Notes under the pieces: model-generated
Told to the model about the DNA's origin: nothing
Databases searched by the model: none
Seen by the model: the letters and a program-made list of their open reading frames with translations, nothing else
Made by a program: the position numbers and the translations under genes
IMG/VR virus record: IMGVR_UViG_3300050120_000361
Coordinates: 1 to 64,000 of that record
DNA length: 64,000 nt
Direction: 5' to 3' (one strand)
In this document: piece after piece, positions 15,759 to 25,346 of the stretch
Numbering within the stretch: position 1 is the first letter of the stretch
Layout of the letters: every line of letters starts with the position of its first letter

Positions 15759-15951
15759 CATCATTGCCCGTGCGTTTATCCCAAGGTAGTGAGCTTGTAA
15801 GCAACGTCAAAGCGCAAAAGGACAGTACGAATATTGCGGTATTGGTCTGAACATCATTAAATGGCGTCCAATCCCTTGAGTAGTGGAAGTACCACAGCAG
15901 CAGTATGTCAAGCAGTCACCCTACGCCAAAACCAAATGAATTCCATTTCAT
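15751..15951 (-). pseudogene. small membrane protein interrupted by in-frame TGA
   Basis: MKWNSFGFGVG*LLDILLLWYF...NDAL; TGA at 15916-15918; fills the whole gap. Confidence 0.55.
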
Positions 15952-15953
15952 GT

Positions 15954-17906
15954 TCAGAGCTTTAGGAATGTCACGCGCTTGGTTATGAAGTCCTGCGTCT
16001 TGAATATGAGCTTCTCCAATGAGGAGTCGAGCAGGTATGTTACAGACCAGTCCTCTACGAAGCGGTTGGTACGGCCAATGGCCTGAACCAGCTTCTCAAG
16101 CGTCTGCCTCTCGTACCAGAAAGCGAACCTGTCCATCTTCTTTTTTGTGTATTCCGTCAGGCCTGAGTAAGGCGCCTTGACCACGATGTTGAAGCGCCCC
16201 ATGTCACCAGAAAGGTCGAGGCCCTCGTACAGGGACGGCCCTACGATGACGTACGGCGGAGAAGACAGGTCCTTCATCCTGCGCACAGCCTCCTCCTTCT
16301 CGGCGGAGTTCGTGTAGAACAGGTACCTGTGCGGGTGGGTTACGGCGCCGGCCCGGTACACGGCCTCCTTGAGCTTTTCAGCTATCTGGAATGTTGACGT
16401 GTGTATGATGCCCTTCTCCTTTGGGTGCCTCTTCTCAGCAACCTTAATGGCGTCCAGGAGGACTGAGTGTATGTTCTCATTGAACTTAGAGTAGTTGAGG
16501 TAGCCTGACTTGGTCAGGTATATCGGCGACTTGTCGAAGTTGAAGTTGGACGCGAGCCTGAAGCCGGAGTACTCCTCCTTCTTCATGCCCATCAGCAGAG
16601 CGAACTCGTCCACGTTTCCGAGCGTGGCGCTCATGAACACCGCGCGGTCAACCTTTGTCAGGAAGTGCTTCCTGCACATCTCGGCCTCGTTCATGTCGTA
16701 CACGGTGTGCCTGAAAGTCTTGTACGAGCCGCCCTCGATTATGCTGTTCGTCACGAACTCGCTTTCTATGAAAAGGTCGTCAGGCCTAAGCGCGAGCTCG
16801 TCCAGGTACTTGATGTCAGGCATGCCCTTCATCTCCTCCACGATCTTCTTCACCTCCTTGTCGAACATCTGCTTGAAGGTCTCGTTCTTGGCCTTCATCT
16901 CCGTGTTCAGCGCTGCGAGCCACTTGACCAGGAGCAGGTAGTTGTCAACGTGCTCGCGTATGTCGTCCAGCGTGGGCCTGTCCATACTGAACAGCTTGAA
17001 GGCGGCCATCAGGGGCTCCCTGCCCTCCTTGAGCATCGCGCCGGCCGCGTTCTTGAAGTTTATCTCGACCTGCTGGAATATCTTGTATATCCTGTTCATG
17101 CCCCACTGCGTGAGGGCCAGGTTGAAGTGGCTGAGCACTATGTCAGGAACCAGGTGGGCCTCATCGCATATCGTTAGCGGCCTGATGCCGAAGTACGGGT
17201 TCTGCTTCATCTTCATTATGTTGATGAAGTACGCGTAGTTAAGCACGGCGCAGCCGGCCTCCGAGGTCTGGAACCTCTTCTGTATGTACGGGCACGTGTC
17301 GTAGCAGCCGAGCGCCATTATGTCTGGGCGCTTCATTCCCAGACAGTACCTGTCAGGGTACTTCACTGGAACCTTCTCCTCCTCGGTCAGGAGCGTGCAA
17401 AGGTAGTTGGACGTGCCCTTAAGCATTGAGAACCAGCGGTGCATGTCGAACTTGTCGAAGTCCTGCTCGAGCTGTTCCTGCAGGGCCTTGGAACTCGTCA
17501 GGAAGTAGGAGTGCCCGCTGAAGTTCCGCAGGTATGCTCCCTCGCCGTCTATGGGGTCAACGCCCTCCATCACCCAGTCAAGGTAGGCCGTGCAGTAGTG
17601 TATCATGTCGCCTATTATCGACTTGCCCGTGCCGGTGGGTGCCGACAGCAGAACGTAAGGCTTCTTCTCAATGTAGAGCGACTTCAGCACGCTGTAGAGA
17701 GTTATTATGAGGGTCTCATCCTTCCTGAAGAGCGGGTTGAAGTTGAGGCATGTACCCAATGCGACCCTGATATGGCTGTCCATTTCAGCCGCGTTCGGGA
17801 ACAGCACCTGTTCGTGCTGGCTTGGCTCCTCCTCAGGAGCTGGGATTATAGCTGTCTCTCCAAGGGGGTCTTCATCGTCCCAGTCAAGGTCTCCGTATTC
17901 AATCAT
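15954..17906 (-). CDS. dinG: DinG/XPD-family ATP-dependent DNA helicase
   Basis: SAPTGTGKS, DEAH, four-Cys Fe-S region, GIIHT, QAIGR. Confidence 0.9.
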   Translation of the reverse strand: MIEYGDLDWDDEDPLGETAIIPAPEEEPSQHEQVLFPNAAEMDSHIRVALGTCLNFNPLFRKDETLIITLYSVLKSLYIEKKPYVLLSAPTGTGKSIIGDMIHYCTAYLDWVMEGVDPIDGEGAYLRNFSGHSYFLTSSKALQEQLEQDFDKFDMHRWFSMLKGTSNYLCTLLTEEEKVPVKYPDRYCLGMKRPDIMALGCYDTCPYIQKRFQTSEAGCAVLNYAYFINIMKMKQNPYFGIRPLTICDEAHLVPDIVLSHFNLALTQWGMNRIYKIFQQVEINFKNAAGAMLKEGREPLMAAFKLFSMDRPTLDDIREHVDNYLLLVKWLAALNTEMKAKNETFKQMFDKEVKKIVEEMKGMPDIKYLDELALRPDDLFIESEFVTNSIIEGGSYKTFRHTVYDMNEAEMCRKHFLTKVDRAVFMSATLGNVDEFALLMGMKKEEYSGFRLASNFNFDKSPIYLTKSGYLNYSKFNENIHSVLLDAIKVAEKRHPKEKGIIHTSTFQIAEKLKEAVYRAGAVTHPHRYLFYTNSAEKEEAVRRMKDLSSPPYVIVGPSLYEGLDLSGDMGRFNIVVKAPYSGLTEYTKKKMDRFAFWYERQTLEKLVQAIGRTNRFVEDWSVTYLLDSSLEKLIFKTQDFITKRVTFLKL

Positions 17907-18367
17907 CTCTTGTTTGCTAATTTGTTGTAGTAGTAGTGCCTTTCGATTATCAGCTCAATGTACCTGCACACCGTGTCAAAATCGAGCATGGTGTCATCCT
18001 CGTCGTAAAGCACGTCCTTGACGTCCGGATGGCGCATAACGGTCACGTACTCCAAAGGCTCGCATATCTCAAGCAGACGTTCAGTTATGGGTTCAAATGC
18101 CTTGTGGTCGTCAAGCTCATTGTCTTCAAAGCCCGTATTGGCCCCGTAGTACCAGTCTACCGTGAACCCGATAGCATTGTCCTCCGGGAACACGAGTATG
18201 GTCAAATCGTTTTTGAAGCAGTCGTAGGTCAGCATCGCCCTGTCAGTGCCGGTTATGCCGACGGCTATCTGCTTTTTGCCATCGTGCAGCACGGCCTTTT
18301 CCATCAGGAAAGTGAACATGTCCTGCAGCACAGGACTGAGCGTGGTTATGTCTATATTGTTTTCCAT
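17903..18367 (-). CDS. hypothetical protein
   Basis: 154 aa. Confidence 0.75.
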   Translation of the reverse strand: MENNIDITTLSPVLQDMFTFLMEKAVLHDGKKQIAVGITGTDRAMLTYDCFKNDLTILVFPEDNAIGFTVDWYYGANTGFEDNELDDHKAFEPITERLLEICEPLEYVTVMRHPDVKDVLYDEDDTMLDFDTVCRYIELIIERHYYYNKLANKR

Positions 18368-18378
18368 TCAAATTTGGC

Positions 18379-19116
18379 TTAAAAGTTCCCGTAACAGAAC
18401 AGGTTAATCACGAATTTTTCGGCGTCCTCCATGCGCACCACAGAGCCGTACAGCTTGTCGTACTCGAGGAACCTAACATTGTCAAGCGAGCGGTTCTCGT
18501 TGAGGTCGGACGACAACACCTTGAATATGGTGTAGTTGAATGACACGCTGTTGTTCTGGCTGAACTTGATTATGTACTCGAAGCGGTTGTACATCTTCTG
18601 CATGAAGACCTGCTGGTTCTCAAGCTTTCCGCCGATCTTGGACTTGTATGGGATGAGGAAGTACGAGTTGGTCAGTAGGTCATGGTACTTCGGCTTCTCA
18701 ATCATGTTCACTATGTTCCTGATGAGCTGGTTGGGAACGTCGTTGTAGCCCAGGCACACGCGGTTGTACATCTGCAGGTACTGGAAGAAGCACGTCTCCA
18801 CCTCGAGCATGTTCCTGTTGATGGACTGCATTATCTTCATCTCCTCTGGGCCCATTGGCTTCAAGGCGTGCACGAGCATTTCGTTCCTTTCCACCATAAG
18901 CTTTACAAAGCCCATGATGATTATGCTGTCCGAATTGAATATGAGGTCCGACTTGATGTTGAGCTGGTTGGGCGCTGCGACGCGGGAGTAAGGCCCGTAT
19001 ATGACGTCGTTGAGGCGGTCGCTTATCTGCAGCTGGAAGTTGTTGAATGCGCTCAGAGGGCTCTCTATCTCCCTGAATGCCTTGTCGAGTACTGGTGATT
19101 GGTTGTTGGCGCTCAT
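18379..19116 (-). CDS. hypothetical protein
   Basis: 245 aa from ATG 19116. Confidence 0.75.
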   Translation of the reverse strand: MSANNQSPVLDKAFREIESPLSAFNNFQLQISDRLNDVIYGPYSRVAAPNQLNIKSDLIFNSDSIIIMGFVKLMVERNEMLVHALKPMGPEEMKIMQSINRNMLEVETCFFQYLQMYNRVCLGYNDVPNQLIRNIVNMIEKPKYHDLLTNSYFLIPYKSKIGGKLENQQVFMQKMYNRFEYIIKFSQNNSVSFNYTIFKVLSSDLNENRSLDNVRFLEYDKLYGSVVRMEDAEKFVINLFCYGNF

Positions 19117-19262
19117 GTCTCTATATCTTTTCAACTACCTTGAGAATTTCAGAACAGTGCGGTTTCTTGCGGAACAGTCCAGCTACGACTTTCAGTATCG
19201 AAAGGAGTCTGAACCTTATGGATTGGGGCCTTCTCATGCTATTTGCGTTTATCTTGTTATCG

Positions 19263-19670
19263 TTAATTTTTGGTTTCTGGTGGTGCGGGGTTTTCCGCCT
19301 TTTCCTTGCTGAGCCTGTAGTACTCGTTCCAGTAAGCCACCTTCTCGTTTATCAGGGGTATGAACTTGGTCTCGAACGTGTCTTCGTACCAGCTGGTGGT
19401 GTTTATTATCGCGGACATCTGCATCATTTCGAACGCCTCGTCCTGGTCGAGGCCTCCCTTGTATGGGAAGTCCCCGTGGTTTGTCACGCCGTAGGAGCCT
19501 ACGCTCATGCTGCCGCCGTTGCAGTACAGCAGGTAGGCGTAGCGCACCCACCGCTCAACAGTCGGGTTCTCCAGGGGCATGTGTGGCTGTTGGTGGTGCT
19601 TGTGGCTTCCGTGCAGTTGGTTGTCAATTAGGGTTGTCATCCAAACCGTAAGTGGTGATGTTTCAGGCAT
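19263..19670 (-). CDS. hypothetical protein
   Basis: 135 aa. Confidence 0.7.
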   Translation of the reverse strand: MPETSPLTVWMTTLIDNQLHGSHKHHQQPHMPLENPTVERWVRYAYLLYCNGGSMSVGSYGVTNHGDFPYKGGLDQDEAFEMMQMSAIINTTSWYEDTFETKFIPLINEKVAYWNEYYRLSKEKAENPAPPETKN

Positions 19671-20094
19671 TGTCGTTTGGGTTTTTCTTTACCATAAAAT
19701 CGAATTTGTTTCCCTTCATCATCGGGTTGCTTCCGCAGAATGCTATAGTACCTATGTGGTAGTCGGACGCTGACCAGCTGAAGTAGCCCTGGCGCCTCTC
19801 GATAAAGGCCTCCGTTCCCTGCAGGTCCACCCTGTCGTTAACGTGGAGCATTATGCCGAATGACTGGTTGTCAGGGAATATAGGTATGAGCATCCCGGTG
19901 GGCTCGCACATGGTGTGCGGAAGCACCTCAACGTAGCTTTCTATTTCGAGCATGTTTATCTTTGAGCGCATGAAGTACCAGGCCTCCCCTATGTATATCG
20001 GATAGCCGAAGCACCAGTGCCCTTCAACGCTAACCGCCTTCCATGGGGCTGTATTCGGTCCGTCAATGAATTTCAGGTTGTTCCTCATTATCAA
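19663..20094 (-). CDS. YopX-like protein
   Basis: WCFGY...VEVLPHTMCEPTG pattern. Confidence 0.4.
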   Translation of the reverse strand: MIMRNNLKFIDGPNTAPWKAVSVEGHWCFGYPIYIGEAWYFMRSKINMLEIESYVEVLPHTMCEPTGMLIPIFPDNQSFGIMLHVNDRVDLQGTEAFIERRQGYFSWSASDYHIGTIAFCGSNPMMKGNKFDFMVKKNPNDNA

Positions 20095-21100
20095 GTATGT
20101 TTTTAATGTCAGCGCCCATAGTAAGCCTCCTCTGAAGCTCGGTTAGGAAACCGCGCATCGCGTCAGACTCGCCTATGTTCATCTCCCCTTCGAAAGTGTT
20201 CCTTATCATGTTGAGCCCCTTGCCAAAGTCCCTGTAAACCGCGAGAACCATAAGGTACAGGGCGTGCGCCGGCTGCTGGTTGTCATCCGTTTTGGGTATG
20301 CCGGCAATCCAAAGCCTCTTGGCCCTGTGGTCGACTTCCGCCCTGAGCTGGTTGTTAAACCAAATGGTGTTCACTCCGTTTCGCGCGTTCAGCAGCAGCA
20401 CCCCATTGTCGGCAATATCCACGTAGTGGGAAAGAAGTGGCTCGTTTCGGTGCCTCCACTGCAGGTTTGGCACATTCAGCACAAGGCCTTTCTTCCAAAC
20501 CAGGTCAATGCCCAAACGCCACATGTCCTCGCGGAACTGCCTGTACGATGTGACGGGCAGGTCGTAGGTGTGCACTGTTGGCTTCTTGCCCATTCCAGCG
20601 TTCACCAGAACCTCCCAGGCCATTGGCCTGTTCAGGTAGGGCGCGCAATACTTTATGATGTGCTGAGTGGCGCCGTACTCGTCGGTCACGTTCCAAACTC
20701 CCTGCTTGTCAAGGACAACGTTTTCGTAGTACTGCTCAATAGCCTCCCTGTTGAAGCTCTCGTCCACGTCATGCCGCGAAGGATGCCACCTATCGCAGTC
20801 GTAAAACCACCCGATGGTTTCCTTCTGTTTGGAGTGCCTGGCCACATCGTCTTCGTGTATTGTACGCCAATTGTCCTTGGAGTCAAGGACCTTAACACGC
20901 ACGGCGCACTCCGCGAAGTAGCATATTGACTCGTTGGCCGGAACCACGATGTGCTTCTCCCAATGCCTTTTGGATATTGCCGCGTCTGAATTGTGCTCCT
21001 TTTCGAACTTGTCCCACAATTCTTGCTCGTACCGCTTGCTGAATGGGTTGACGTACATGACCTTGCCGTATACGTACTGCAGTATGTGGTTGTTAAGCAT
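20063..21100 (-). CDS. hypothetical protein
   Basis: 345 aa. Confidence 0.8.
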   Translation of the reverse strand: MLNNHILQYVYGKVMYVNPFSKRYEQELWDKFEKEHNSDAAISKRHWEKHIVVPANESICYFAECAVRVKVLDSKDNWRTIHEDDVARHSKQKETIGWFYDCDRWHPSRHDVDESFNREAIEQYYENVVLDKQGVWNVTDEYGATQHIIKYCAPYLNRPMAWEVLVNAGMGKKPTVHTYDLPVTSYRQFREDMWRLGIDLVWKKGLVLNVPNLQWRHRNEPLLSHYVDIADNGVLLLNARNGVNTIWFNNQLRAEVDHRAKRLWIAGIPKTDDNQQPAHALYLMVLAVYRDFGKGLNMIRNTFEGEMNIGESDAMRGFLTELQRRLTMGADIKNILDNEEQPEIH

Positions 21101-21105
21101 TGACG

Positions 21106-22080
21106 TCAGTCGGCCATCTCAACCAGTATGTCCGAAACGGATACCAGGCTCTGCGCGTAACCCTGGAACAGCTCGCGGAGCTTGTCTATGCCCTCGGACG
21201 CGTCAAGGAACTCCTGCACGTCAAACTTGGTGGTGGTTCCAGCGTTGGTGAACCTGTAGAAGGTCAGTTCGAAACGTCCCTTAATGGCGGTTATCTTGGC
21301 GTAGTTGATGCTCTCTCCGTCTGAGGAGTAGGGTATGCCGTTCCCGCTGAATATGAAGTCGGAGAAGTTGAATATCCGGTTCAGGCCTATCTTGTTGTAG
21401 TCGCGCTCCTCCTTGGATTTGGTAAGCTCGGCAATCATTTCCTTTGTGGAGATTTCCGACCTTACGGTGAATTCCCTGAACTCGACGTACTCGCCCTCGT
21501 TGCCGCCATCAATGGTGAGCCTGTCGCGGAATATCACGGTAACGTCCGTTGCGTCGTCGCCCACAACGTTTATCTTCAGCAGGATGTTCTCAGACCACGG
21601 AAGTATCTTGTTGACCAGCTGCTTGTAAGCCGGGTTCTGCTGCAGGCGGGACTTCTTCTCCTTGAGGACGGACTCGCGTATCAGGTCCAAAAGGGTTGAC
21701 TTGTTGCTGGATGGGAGCTGCACATTCCATATAATGCGCCTTATATCAAAGTCTATTGGGAACTCGTACCATGCCCCGCGGGACACGAGAAGCTTGGAAT
21801 TCTCAGGATTTTTGTGGTCCACCTGGCGTATAACCGTTATTGGAAGCATTATGTTTCCGTCGAGTATCACCTTGTCGCCCTCTGGCGGTGTCTCGTAGTA
21901 GTACTCGCGCGTTCCCGTATTGAACTTGATAACGCCCTTGGCGAGCAGGGTCTCCACTATATCGTTGAGCGTCTTTTCGGAAACTGACATGTTCGCCTTC
22001 AAGGCGTCAAAGGTCCGAAAGCCTTCGTTGAATTTTGACAAGAATGTGGCCTCAAGAGAGGTCAAGGATTTGACTTCCAT
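21106..22080 (-). CDS. hypothetical protein with N-terminal winged-HTH-like segment
   Basis: TFDALKANMSVSEKTLNDIVETLLAKGVI...EYY. Confidence 0.55.
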   Translation of the reverse strand: MEVKSLTSLEATFLSKFNEGFRTFDALKANMSVSEKTLNDIVETLLAKGVIKFNTGTREYYYETPPEGDKVILDGNIMLPITVIRQVDHKNPENSKLLVSRGAWYEFPIDFDIRRIIWNVQLPSSNKSTLLDLIRESVLKEKKSRLQQNPAYKQLVNKILPWSENILLKINVVGDDATDVTVIFRDRLTIDGGNEGEYVEFREFTVRSEISTKEMIAELTKSKEERDYNKIGLNRIFNFSDFIFSGNGIPYSSDGESINYAKITAIKGRFELTFYRFTNAGTTTKFDVQEFLDASEGIDKLRELFQGYAQSLVSVSDILVEMAD

Positions 22081-22111
22081 TAGTTTATATTAATTAGTAC
22101 GTTTAAGATTT

Positions 22112-22399
22112 TTAATTCAAGTTGATGTCCATGAACTCTTCCATGAACATCCTGCTCAGTCTCTTGCGCTTGGGTTGCGCTTTGGAGGCGGGCTTCTCCT
22201 GCCCCTTTATGGATAGGGCTTTGATGTTGGTCAGGTCGTCCCAAGGTATCTCTTCAGTGGTGGCGAGTTCGGTGACTATGGACACGTAGCCCGTCTTGGC
22301 GTGCATGTAGGTGCGCCCGATTACGTACAGGCCGTCGTAGTACGCGGTTACCCAGATGTCGTTCACGAATTTCACCTTTCCTGGGCTTTGTGCGTTCAT
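22112..22399 (-). CDS. hypothetical protein
   Basis: 95 aa, follows promoter motif. Confidence 0.75.
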   Translation of the reverse strand: MNAQSPGKVKFVNDIWVTAYYDGLYVIGRTYMHAKTGYVSIVTELATTEEIPWDDLTNIKALSIKGQEKPASKAQPKRKRLSRMFMEEFMDINLN

Positions 22400-22427
22400 G
22401 GCTGTTTTGTTTTATTCGATAGATAAC

Positions 22428-22454
22428 ATATCCTGCGGAGCGGATATTTATAGG
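22428..22454 (-). promoter_or_regulatory. phage promoter-like motif
   Basis: CCTATAA-N13-AGGATAT. Confidence 0.8.
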
Positions 22455-22520
22455 CTTTCTAACGCAACTCGCACGATTATTTCTAACATGCGGGCCGCGT
22501 CAGTTTTATGGCGCATGGTA

Positions 22521-24377
22521 TCAGGCCTCGCCTTTCAGGCCCTGTTCGTAGGTCAGTATTCTGAGGTTGTATTTCCGAGCACGATTTAATTTGCTGCTGT
22601 TTGAGCTCAGGGTGTCAACGAAAAGCACCTTCGTGTCCTTCGTCAGGGAGACGTGCACCGAGTTCGGGTACTGCTGCTTCAGCTTGGCAGCGAACTCCCC
22701 CTTGGTCATGCCAGGCGGGGTTCCCGTCATTTCGAATGTTAGGCTGCTGTCGTCAATCTTTATGGGACGCACGACCCTGACTCCGTATGTAACCAAAAGC
22801 TTCATAGCGTCGTTTATGCGCTTGAAGCCCTCTCCCCGGCACACCATATTCAGCACGTTCTTGTCTATGCCCGCAACCGACTGCGACTTGTCTCCGAGTA
22901 TTATGTTCGCAAACGTCCTGCTCAGGACCTTGCCGCAGCCGTTGAACTGTAGCAGGTTTATGAGCATGTCCAGGGTGAGTGTCCTGGTCTGGTAGAATAT
23001 GTCGAACTTGTCCCACACCTTGCCGCCGCCAAGAACCAGCCTTATTGCGGGCTTGTTCGCAGTGTCGAAAAGCTTGATTATGTCGTAGTCCACTATGGCT
23101 CCAATCTGCATCGCAAGGGTCTCGCCTATCCCGTCTATCTGTAGCAGTTTCAGGCCGAGAACGAACTTGTAGCTCGTGGACACCTCCATGTTAACGGCGT
23201 ACATGTGCTTTCCGGAGATGTAGTACTCGACATCGGGCATTGGTATGTTGTCAGAGCGCTTAAGGACCTTGTCCACTACAGGTATTATGTCCCCCGACTT
23301 GGTTATAAGGACCTCGGCTCCGATGCCTATGTGCAGCACCTTCAAATTGTTGTAGTTGTATGCGGTCGCGCGGGAAGGGTAGGAGCCGTCAAGCAGCACT
23401 GGGTCGTAAAGCACCACAGGGGTAAGGGCTCCAGACTTCTTTTGGGTATATATTATGTCCTTTATGGTGACCTTTGCCGATGGCGCCTTGAACTTAACGG
23501 CAATCATGTTCTTGACGTAGTTGTCCTTAATCTCCTGCTTCTCAGCCGGATAGCCCACCACCACCCCGTCCGTCTGGTATGGGAAATCGTCTGATTTGAA
23601 GAACTGGTGGGCCGCCTCTATGCCGTATATCTCCTGCTCGTTGTTGAAGGCCTTCCAGATGTTCTGCCTGTTGGACCCGTCAAGTGGCTGAAGCGGCGAT
23701 ATCCCGTCAGTGCACGGCATGAACTTCAGGTCGTTCGGGTCACGCTTCAGGACGCCAGGAACCGCGTTGCGCGCGTTGACGTAAGGGTGTATGTTGCCAG
23801 ACTCTTCTGACCACTTCTCGAGGAAAAGCCTCTTGGGCAGCACGAGCTCCCCGTGTATCAGCAGCGTGCCGATGTTCCAGTCCTTTTCAGAGAACTGAAA
23901 GTCCTTGTGGAACATGAGTATGTCCGTGACGTCAAGCCCGCCCCGCGTTATAATCATTTTCGGCTGGTAGTAGCCGTTTATGGGCGGGTCGAGAAACACC
24001 TTAATGGCGATGCCGTCCAGCTTGGGCCCGTACATCAGACCCACTCGCCTGTCAAGGAATTTAAGCAATACCAGGACGCTCGCGCGGCTCTCGTACTTCT
24101 CCTTCTTGAGGGAAACCATCTGCGATACCGCCTCAGTGGCTGGAACCAGTCCGCCCTCAGACCATATGGTGGTTGTCAGCCATTTGGTCAGCTCCGGCAC
24201 GTTCAGCGAGAGGAGCTCGGAGTGCAGCTGCTCGAACTGCTCGTCGCTCATCAGCGGCTCATCCTCGGACTCGCCCTTGGATATGTCGTAGTAGGACTGG
24301 TTTGCGTCAAGCCAAAGGCTGAACTTTTCCTTGTCTTCATGGGATAGCCCCAACGCGTCAATGGCTTCAGTCGTCAT
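22521..24377 (-). CDS. ligA: NAD+-dependent DNA ligase
   Basis: KLDG adenylation motif, TRG, NARN, DGVV, AVKF, SGDIIP, C-terminal BRCT. Confidence 0.95.
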   Translation of the reverse strand: MTTEAIDALGLSHEDKEKFSLWLDANQSYYDISKGESEDEPLMSDEQFEQLHSELLSLNVPELTKWLTTTIWSEGGLVPATEAVSQMVSLKKEKYESRASVLVLLKFLDRRVGLMYGPKLDGIAIKVFLDPPINGYYQPKMIITRGGLDVTDILMFHKDFQFSEKDWNIGTLLIHGELVLPKRLFLEKWSEESGNIHPYVNARNAVPGVLKRDPNDLKFMPCTDGISPLQPLDGSNRQNIWKAFNNEQEIYGIEAAHQFFKSDDFPYQTDGVVVGYPAEKQEIKDNYVKNMIAVKFKAPSAKVTIKDIIYTQKKSGALTPVVLYDPVLLDGSYPSRATAYNYNNLKVLHIGIGAEVLITKSGDIIPVVDKVLKRSDNIPMPDVEYYISGKHMYAVNMEVSTSYKFVLGLKLLQIDGIGETLAMQIGAIVDYDIIKLFDTANKPAIRLVLGGGKVWDKFDIFYQTRTLTLDMLINLLQFNGCGKVLSRTFANIILGDKSQSVAGIDKNVLNMVCRGEGFKRINDAMKLLVTYGVRVVRPIKIDDSSLTFEMTGTPPGMTKGEFAAKLKQQYPNSVHVSLTKDTKVLFVDTLSSNSSKLNRARKYNLRILTYEQGLKGEA

Positions 24378-24750
24378 CTCTCTTGAATTTTATGTTTATC
24401 CTGAAATCTCCCTGAGGCATGCGCAATTCGTAGATTTCGCGCTCAATGTCTATAAGGGATATTATGTCGTTTGACCACCATCCACCCAATTCACCTGGGT
24501 GGTTCTTAAGCTGCTCGTCGTGCCATGAGGCACGGAGGCTGAGCGTGGTTTTGCTCTTCTTTATATCGAGCCCGTATCCCAAATCGCCCTCCTTCTCAAC
24601 CGTGACTACGACCTCGTAGTCGCCGGCCGGTATGCATGATAGCTCCAGCGCGTGCTGTATGTCCACGCGCTCATCGGCGCCGGCGTACCTTATGTCGCTT
24701 CCCTCGATGCGGCACTTTATCTCGAACTCGGTTTCGTTTTCCACTTTCAT
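24367..24750 (-). CDS. hypothetical protein
   Basis: 127 aa. Confidence 0.7.
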   Translation of the reverse strand: MKVENETEFEIKCRIEGSDIRYAGADERVDIQHALELSCIPAGDYEVVVTVEKEGDLGYGLDIKKSKTTLSLRASWHDEQLKNHPGELGGWWSNDIISLIDIEREIYELRMPQGDFRINIKFKRDDD

Positions 24751-24753
24751 CGA

Positions 24754-24891
24754 CTATTCCCCCATAGGTATTTTGTTGGAATTGCCTGGTGCCGCGGTTG
24801 TCGTCTTTCTGACTATTCCGCAGGAGCACAGCCACATAGCGGCCAGGAATGCGACGAGCAGTATCAGTTTGGTCCTGTTTCCTATTCTCAT
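24754..24891 (-). CDS. small putative lipoprotein
   Basis: 45 aa; hydrophobic signal then LCSC. Confidence 0.55.
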   Translation of the reverse strand: MRIGNRTKLILLVAFLAAMWLCSCGIVRKTTTAAPGNSNKIPMGE

Positions 24892-24967
24892 AATATATTT
24901 GTTTATTGTGCATATCCCATGGAATGTCGCCGCAAAGGGCAACTTATTGGAATTGGCAATAATTTAA

Positions 24968-25333
24968 TTAAAGCTTTGGCTTTGGCTTGCCCTCAGGCCA
25001 CAGGGAGTGGCTGGTGGCGCAGTGGAACAGGTAAGGCTCAAGTATCGGCACGTCCCAAATGGCCTGTACCCTGTTGCACTGATGGGCCGTCATGTCCAAT
25101 TGCCCGCAGTTCCATGCTATGCAGAGTATCTGGCAGTCGCGGAACTTCTGAAACCCCTGCTGGTCGGACTGTATCAGCTGGTCGGCGTACTGGTTCACCA
25201 TTACCGGGTACCAGCCCGACTTGAACTTGATTGCTCCTATCTTGGTTTCTGTGCGGAACTCTACAGCCACCATGGGGTGCTGAAGCTCAACCGGGCGCTT
25301 GTCGGCTATTTTGATGTTGTTCTCTATGCGCAT
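24968..25333 (-). CDS. hypothetical protein
   Basis: 121 aa. Confidence 0.7.
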   Translation of the reverse strand: MRIENNIKIADKRPVELQHPMVAVEFRTETKIGAIKFKSGWYPVMVNQYADQLIQSDQQGFQKFRDCQILCIAWNCGQLDMTAHQCNRVQAIWDVPILEPYLFHCATSHSLWPEGKPKPKL

Positions 25334-25346
25334 GTCGTTATTGTTG

